From an uncultured Candidatus Saccharibacteria bacterium (GTDB lineage Bacteria > Patescibacteriota > Minisyncoccia > Phycocordibacterales > UBA2163), in assembly GCA_964626705.1 (NCBI GenBank), contig CAZVGL010000002.1, positions 386 through 64,385 of the forward strand: a stretch of DNA of 64,000 nucleotides, written 5' to 3'. The notes under the pieces were generated by a model. The model was not told where the DNA came from. It saw only the letters and a program-made list of their open reading frames with translations, and did no database searches. Of the stretch, positions 59,647-64,000 are shown in pieces. A program made the translations under genes and the position numbers. How positions within the stretch are numbered: the first letter of the stretch is position 1; every line of letters starts with the position of its first letter.

Positions 59647-60725
59647 TACGATATTATACCACCTCCGAGACATTCGTCATCATTATATACTACAATAGAC
59701 TGCCCTACGGCTACTGTATTTTGGCTTTCATCGAAAACGATTGTCTCACCATCAATTTTACAATCTTGAAGTTCTTGCCTATATCTTATGCGAGCCTTAT
59801 ATTTCTTATCTAAATCTGGCACTTTTCCACTTACCCAGTTCACATCTTTTATTCTTATACTTGTGCCGTTAGAAGTAGGTCTCGTTTTGAGACCGTCAGC
59901 TCTAACGATATGCGATACCGTAATAGTATTATTTTCAATATCTTTTAAGATTATATAATACGGCTTATCATTTATGCCTTTATCTATAATATTAAAACCA
60001 TGCCTCTGACCTATAGTTAAGAATGTCACTCCAGTATGCTCGCCTATCACCTTAGCACTCTCATCAAGCACATTCCCTTTTTTTTCTTTAATATAATTTT
60101 TAAGAAAATCCGCAATATCAAGCTTGCCTATGAAACAAAGTCCTTGGCTATCTTTTTTCTTTGCAGTTAAAAGCCCAAACTTTTCTGCAAGCTCTCGTAC
60201 TTTAGACTTTGGAAATTCTCCAGTCGGAAACAGAGTATGTTTGAGCTGTTCTTGTGTAAGCGTCCACAGAAAATAAGTTTGATCTTTATTATCGTCATTA
60301 CCCACCAACATTTTATATTTACCATCCTTTTCTCTGACCCTCGCATAGTGTCCTGTAGCTATGTAGTCTGCACCCATCTCAAGTGCTTTTTTTAAGAATG
60401 CTCCAAACTTTATTTGTTTATTACACATTACATCTGGGTTTGGAGTATTCCCTTGCCTGTACTCTTCAATCATATAGTCGATAATCCCCTCTTTATATTC
60501 TTTCTCTAGGTCCAGAGTTAAAAATGGTATTTCTAACTTTGCACATACTCGCATAGCGTCCAGCCTATCGCGCCTCCAATCACACGGCAAAAAATCAGGG
60601 TGCCATACTTTTATGAACACACCTGTTACGTCGTACCCACGCTCACACAAAAGCGCAGCAGCCACAGAGCTATCCACCCCACCTGAGAGCCCTACAAACA
60701 CCTTTTTGCCTTTAATCTTTTCCAT
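59646..60725 (-). CDS. mnmA: tRNA 2-thiouridylase MnmA
   Basis: SGGVDSS, TPNPDVMCN, ATGHYAR, KDQTYFL, DSQGLCF. Confidence 0.97.
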   Translation of the reverse strand: MEKIKGKKVFVGLSGGVDSSVAAALLCERGYDVTGVFIKVWHPDFLPCDWRRDRLDAMRVCAKLEIPFLTLDLEKEYKEGIIDYMIEEYRQGNTPNPDVMCNKQIKFGAFLKKALEMGADYIATGHYARVREKDGKYKMLVGNDDNKDQTYFLWTLTQEQLKHTLFPTGEFPKSKVRELAEKFGLLTAKKKDSQGLCFIGKLDIADFLKNYIKEKKGNVLDESAKVIGEHTGVTFLTIGQRHGFNIIDKGINDKPYYIILKDIENNTITVSHIVRADGLKTRPTSNGTSIRIKDVNWVSGKVPDLDKKYKARIRYRQELQDCKIDGETIVFDESQNTVAVGQSIVVYNDDECLGGGIIS

Positions 60726-60750
60726 AATCATTATATAAAACCACAAATAT

Positions 60751-60795
60751 TAAATTAGAGCAAAGCAGGGTCAGACCCTACTTTGCTCTAATTTA
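60751..60795. repeat. 22-bp-arm inverted repeat (REP-like, GTAG-GGTCTGACC core) overlapping mltG stop
   Basis: taaattagagcaaagcagggtc-a-gaccctactttgctctaattta (one mismatch). Confidence 0.7.
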
Positions 60796-61807
60796 GATAG
60801 ATATTTTTCTTTCTTACATGCTCTTTAAATGTAGCGCTATAGTGCATGTTGCCGCTCATGTCAGATAGGAAGAATAAGTAATCAGACTCTATTGGATCTA
60901 TCGCTGCACGTATAGAATCAAGCCCAGGATTTGCTATCGGCGTCGGAGGAAGTCCTTTATTTGTATATGTATTATATGGATGATCATCCCTTAAATCATC
61001 TGTTGTCAGAGTAAATGAATTCTTACCATTAGCATATACAAATACAGCATCAACCTGAAGAGGCATGCCTATTCTCATACGTTCCCACAAGATTCCTGAT
61101 ATAGTCCTTCTCGTCTGCGTAGTACGTGCTTCTTTTTCTAAAATAGATGCCATTTTTATTACATCATCTATCGGCATTCCAGAGTCTCTTATGTCTTGAT
61201 CTATTTCTGCTATTTTTTCAAAAAAGTTATTATTAAGCTCACGCGCAACTTCTTTTGCTTCTACATTAGGAAGAAACAAATACGTATCTGGGAACAAATA
61301 CCCTTCTTTACCAGCCACTAATACCGCAAATTCTTCTTTATCAAAAGAGTCTGACTTGTTTTCAAGTATCCTTCCTATTTCATAACTCGTAGCTCCTTCT
61401 GGTATTACAACTTCTATCAAACTTAAGTCAAAATCTCCACTTGTAATCCTACGAGCAACACTTAATACACTTTCTGGCTTATCAAAAAAATAATCACCAG
61501 ACAGGACTCCGTCTTCTCCATTTAACAATATCGCAAGATTGCGAAGCCATAAAGATGACCTCACAATACCCTGCTTCTTAAGCTGATCAGCAACACCAGA
61601 TAAAGTACTACCCTTTTCTATGGTTATAGTACTCTCTTTAGGAAATGCTGATGGTGCTCTAAATATTGCTATATAAAAAGCAGATACTACAACAAAAAGA
61701 GCTATAGCTATAAGAACCGTTTTTCTTTTATGACAATTTAAATATATGATGGTTTTTCTGTAATATTTAAAGAAATGCCATTTTATTATCTGTGATAATT
61801 TATACAT
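60788..61807 (-). CDS. mltG: Endolytic transglycosylase MltG
   Basis: IPEG, EGYLFPDTY, ASILEKE, PLQVDA, YNTY...GLPPTPIANPG. Confidence 0.95.
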   Translation of the reverse strand: MYKLSQIIKWHFFKYYRKTIIYLNCHKRKTVLIAIALFVVVSAFYIAIFRAPSAFPKESTITIEKGSTLSGVADQLKKQGIVRSSLWLRNLAILLNGEDGVLSGDYFFDKPESVLSVARRITSGDFDLSLIEVVIPEGATSYEIGRILENKSDSFDKEEFAVLVAGKEGYLFPDTYLFLPNVEAKEVARELNNNFFEKIAEIDQDIRDSGMPIDDVIKMASILEKEARTTQTRRTISGILWERMRIGMPLQVDAVFVYANGKNSFTLTTDDLRDDHPYNTYTNKGLPPTPIANPGLDSIRAAIDPIESDYLFFLSDMSGNMHYSATFKEHVRKKNIYLN

Positions 61808-61813
61808 GTGTTT

Positions 61814-63142
61814 TTAAATAGGTAGATCAGAAGGTGCTTCTGATTTCTTTGAAGGTACTCTTGCGATGGTTGGTGTCTGAACATTACTTCCTGGGAAGTG
61901 ATACATTGTAGCAAGCTCTTCCGTATTCATAACGAAAGGCTGTGTTTTGTAAGGATGGAAGAAATATGATCTTCTTCTATATGCATCAAACACTCTTCTT
62001 TTAGCATTGTTCTGAAGTGTTTCTTTATAGTCCTGCCATGGGTAATCAAAACGTGCCATATATCGTGTTGGTACAAACTGATTTAATGTATTTGAGTTAA
62101 ATTGTTTCGTAAAGCCGATCATACCTACAATATTAACCGGTCGAAACTTATCTTTGTCTGCTATATAAATACCCCTTATACCAACATCAAAGCCGAGTTT
62201 AGTAAGACTTCTTTCAACCGAGCCGACAATTTCCTGCTCTCCTTTACTTAAACTTGGTATTTCCGGAAACCCTGCTGGTGATAGCATTCTGGCGCTTTTT
62301 GTTTTTGGATCTCTTTGCATAAGATCGTTTACAAGCTCTTCCACTTCATCTTTCCAACCCGTTGTACCAAATAAAGTACCCCTCTTTTTCTTTTCTTTTT
62401 TATTTACTCGGACCATTATCTGATACCAAAGCTGCTCTCCCTTACCAAGACTGCCCATAAACTCAAGCATAGGTGCCAAAGGATCAACTTTAAATTCTTC
62501 TTTTGGATCTTTATCAAGTCCATAGTCAACATATGTTTTTATCGGCCATGCATCTGGGTTTTTAAGTTTAAAATCAGAACCCCAAATAGCTTTTTCGTTT
62601 AAGTCAAACCTGATCATCTTTGTATAATCGTCAGCTTCTACAACTTCTACTTCAGGATACTGTGCATATATTTGCGCTTCCACAACTTCTTTCCAAAATG
62701 TCCTTGTTCTTATAAAAAATTTTACATCTCCTTCAATAGACACTATTTCCATTGAAAAAGATGTTCTAGCTTTACCTGTTATCTTTCTATCAAACCATGT
62801 CGTCTCTCCACCACTCTGATGAAGTCCCATAAAAACAGACTCCATAGCAAGTGGTGACTTTAATATCTCTCTAGGTAGTTTTATCTCCAGAAGCGTGTAC
62901 TCTTGTTTATGAAAGAAATCTATCCTGACATATATTATCCATAAACTCCAAAATATATAGAGTAGGAAAAGCGGTAACCACACAGGATACAACATACCAA
63001 CAACAGAAAAAGAATCTCTTAATAATTCTGGTGCCATCCTCAACAAGACATATAAAATAACTACCAATACACTGATAAGAAACCCAAAAACTGGGAATCC
63101 TAATTCTTCTTCGAAAAATTCTACTGTTTTACCGCCTATCAT
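61814..63142 (-). CDS. Conserved hypothetical membrane protein
   Basis: N-terminal TMs, LLEIKLP, FSMEI, IYAQYP..E, PIKTY, EELATMYHFP motifs. Confidence 0.75.
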   Translation of the reverse strand: MIGGKTVEFFEEELGFPVFGFLISVLVVILYVLLRMAPELLRDSFSVVGMLYPVWLPLFLLYIFWSLWIIYVRIDFFHKQEYTLLEIKLPREILKSPLAMESVFMGLHQSGGETTWFDRKITGKARTSFSMEIVSIEGDVKFFIRTRTFWKEVVEAQIYAQYPEVEVVEADDYTKMIRFDLNEKAIWGSDFKLKNPDAWPIKTYVDYGLDKDPKEEFKVDPLAPMLEFMGSLGKGEQLWYQIMVRVNKKEKKKRGTLFGTTGWKDEVEELVNDLMQRDPKTKSARMLSPAGFPEIPSLSKGEQEIVGSVERSLTKLGFDVGIRGIYIADKDKFRPVNIVGMIGFTKQFNSNTLNQFVPTRYMARFDYPWQDYKETLQNNAKRRVFDAYRRRSYFFHPYKTQPFVMNTEELATMYHFPGSNVQTPTIARVPSKKSEAPSDLPI

Positions 63143-63187
63143 GTATATATAATACCTTAAATAAAGATAAGAAAAAACACTTCGATG

Positions 63188-63233
63188 TTAAAAAACCGCC
63201 TCATCGCTTGTAAGCGACGAGGCGGTTTTTTAA
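63188..63233 (-). terminator. Intrinsic terminator
   Basis: ttaaaaaaccgcctc...gaggcggttttttaa. Confidence 0.75.
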
Positions 63234-63998
63234 TTATTTAACGAGTGAATATTCCCCGTTTTTATTTACTTTAAAGTAATCTCTATTTTGTAAGTTTACT
63301 ATAATAGTATTGTCTTTTATATATCGCTCTTTTCGAACCTTATCTATAATACCTTCTCTCGTAAGATGTCCGTTCTTTTTTAATATTTCTGATATAACGT
63401 CTTTAACTACACCACTTGTATATCCCCATTCAGAAAGTGCATAAAGTCCTCTTCCTACAAGTACAAAACGTGGATCTTTTATAAGCTCATTGTGACATGT
63501 TGCTGTATGAGCCTTTCTTTCAAAAAAGTCTCCTATTGCTTTTGCAACTTCAGTAAAATGCATTGGTGAACCATGTTTCTTTATAGCTAAGTATGCATAG
63601 TCACGCATTCCTTTAACTTTAACATTTGAAGATTCTGCAACACCCCATTCTCCAAGAGGGTTCTTACCAAGCATTTTTGAGATCATAAGCCATCTTCTGG
63701 CATTGTCTTCATTTTTGTATTTTTTATTTAAATCTTTAACTTCATTTAGGAACTTAGAAAGCAAATCCTGCTCAGACACAAGGTCGTCATAAGTAAGACC
63801 TTTGTAAACATTTCTCAACCCTTTGTTTACAGATTCTTGCAAACCACCGTCAACATACCAATGACTTTTAAATTCATCGTCTTCTTTTTTCTTATTAAAT
63901 GCATCACCAAGATCAAGTAAAAGTAATGTATGGTTTTGAGCACCTTTATCTTTAGAGATAAGCTCTAGCAGCTCATCTTCTGAAACAATACCTCCAAG
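63234..63998 (-). CDS. HTH (HARE/RNA polymerase delta-like) domain protein, 5'-partial
   Basis: Frame open to window end; PMHFTEVA...HNELIKDPRFVLVGRGLYALSEWG. Confidence 0.75.
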   Translation of the reverse strand, partial: LGGIVSEDELLELISKDKGAQNHTLLLLDLGDAFNKKKEDDEFKSHWYVDGGLQESVNKGLRNVYKGLTYDDLVSEQDLLSKFLNEVKDLNKKYKNEDNARRWLMISKMLGKNPLGEWGVAESSNVKVKGMRDYAYLAIKKHGSPMHFTEVAKAIGDFFERKAHTATCHNELIKDPRFVLVGRGLYALSEWGYTSGVVKDVISEILKKNGHLTREGIIDKVRKERYIKDNTIIVNLQNRDYFKVNKNGEYSLVK

Positions 63999-64000
63999 AG

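Noticed and set aside
7216-60746. Longest-ORF starts for infA, dnaJ, the lyase, NUDIX, murG, RhuM-Fic, ROK, PGI/PMI, ATP-cone protein and mnmA
   Set aside because: The extensions overlap promoters or neighbouring genes; starts were moved to the downstream ATG matching the family N-terminus

Overview
AT-rich bacterial chromosome segment in genetic code 11. Gene content, leaderless-style starts and several conserved hypothetical proteins point to Patescibacteria/CPR, Parcubacteria-like (inference). Housekeeping blocks: a complete F1Fo ATP synthase operon whose c subunit carries a Na+-type motif; the infA-rpmJ-rpsM-rpsK-rpsD-rpoA-rplQ-rplM-rpsI cluster; grpE-dnaK-dnaJ; tRNA synthetases (trpS, aspS, gltX, cysS); scpAB; cell-wall genes (S11 peptidase, mraY, ftsW, murG, mltG, M23); and dnaB, recR, rmuC, mnmA, corA and a P-type ATPase. 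The top candidate for an undescribed system is a tight operon at 15.6-23.9 kb: MIO ammonia-lyase/aminomutase (TSG variant), PaaK-like ligase, Rv1355c/OxzB-like ThiF enzyme, a separate nitroreductase-like protein, a 7TM histidine kinase, then NUDIX and CYTH genes. It looks like a small-molecule biosynthesis-plus-sensing module. The second candidate is a pair of paralogous secreted fibre-like proteins with Cys-rich framework/hypervariable-loop modules that look mosaic; one sits with a RhuM-Fic gene between direct repeats. No tRNA, rRNA, CRISPR array, transposase or integrase was recognised. All product calls come from motif recognition by eye, not from database searches.
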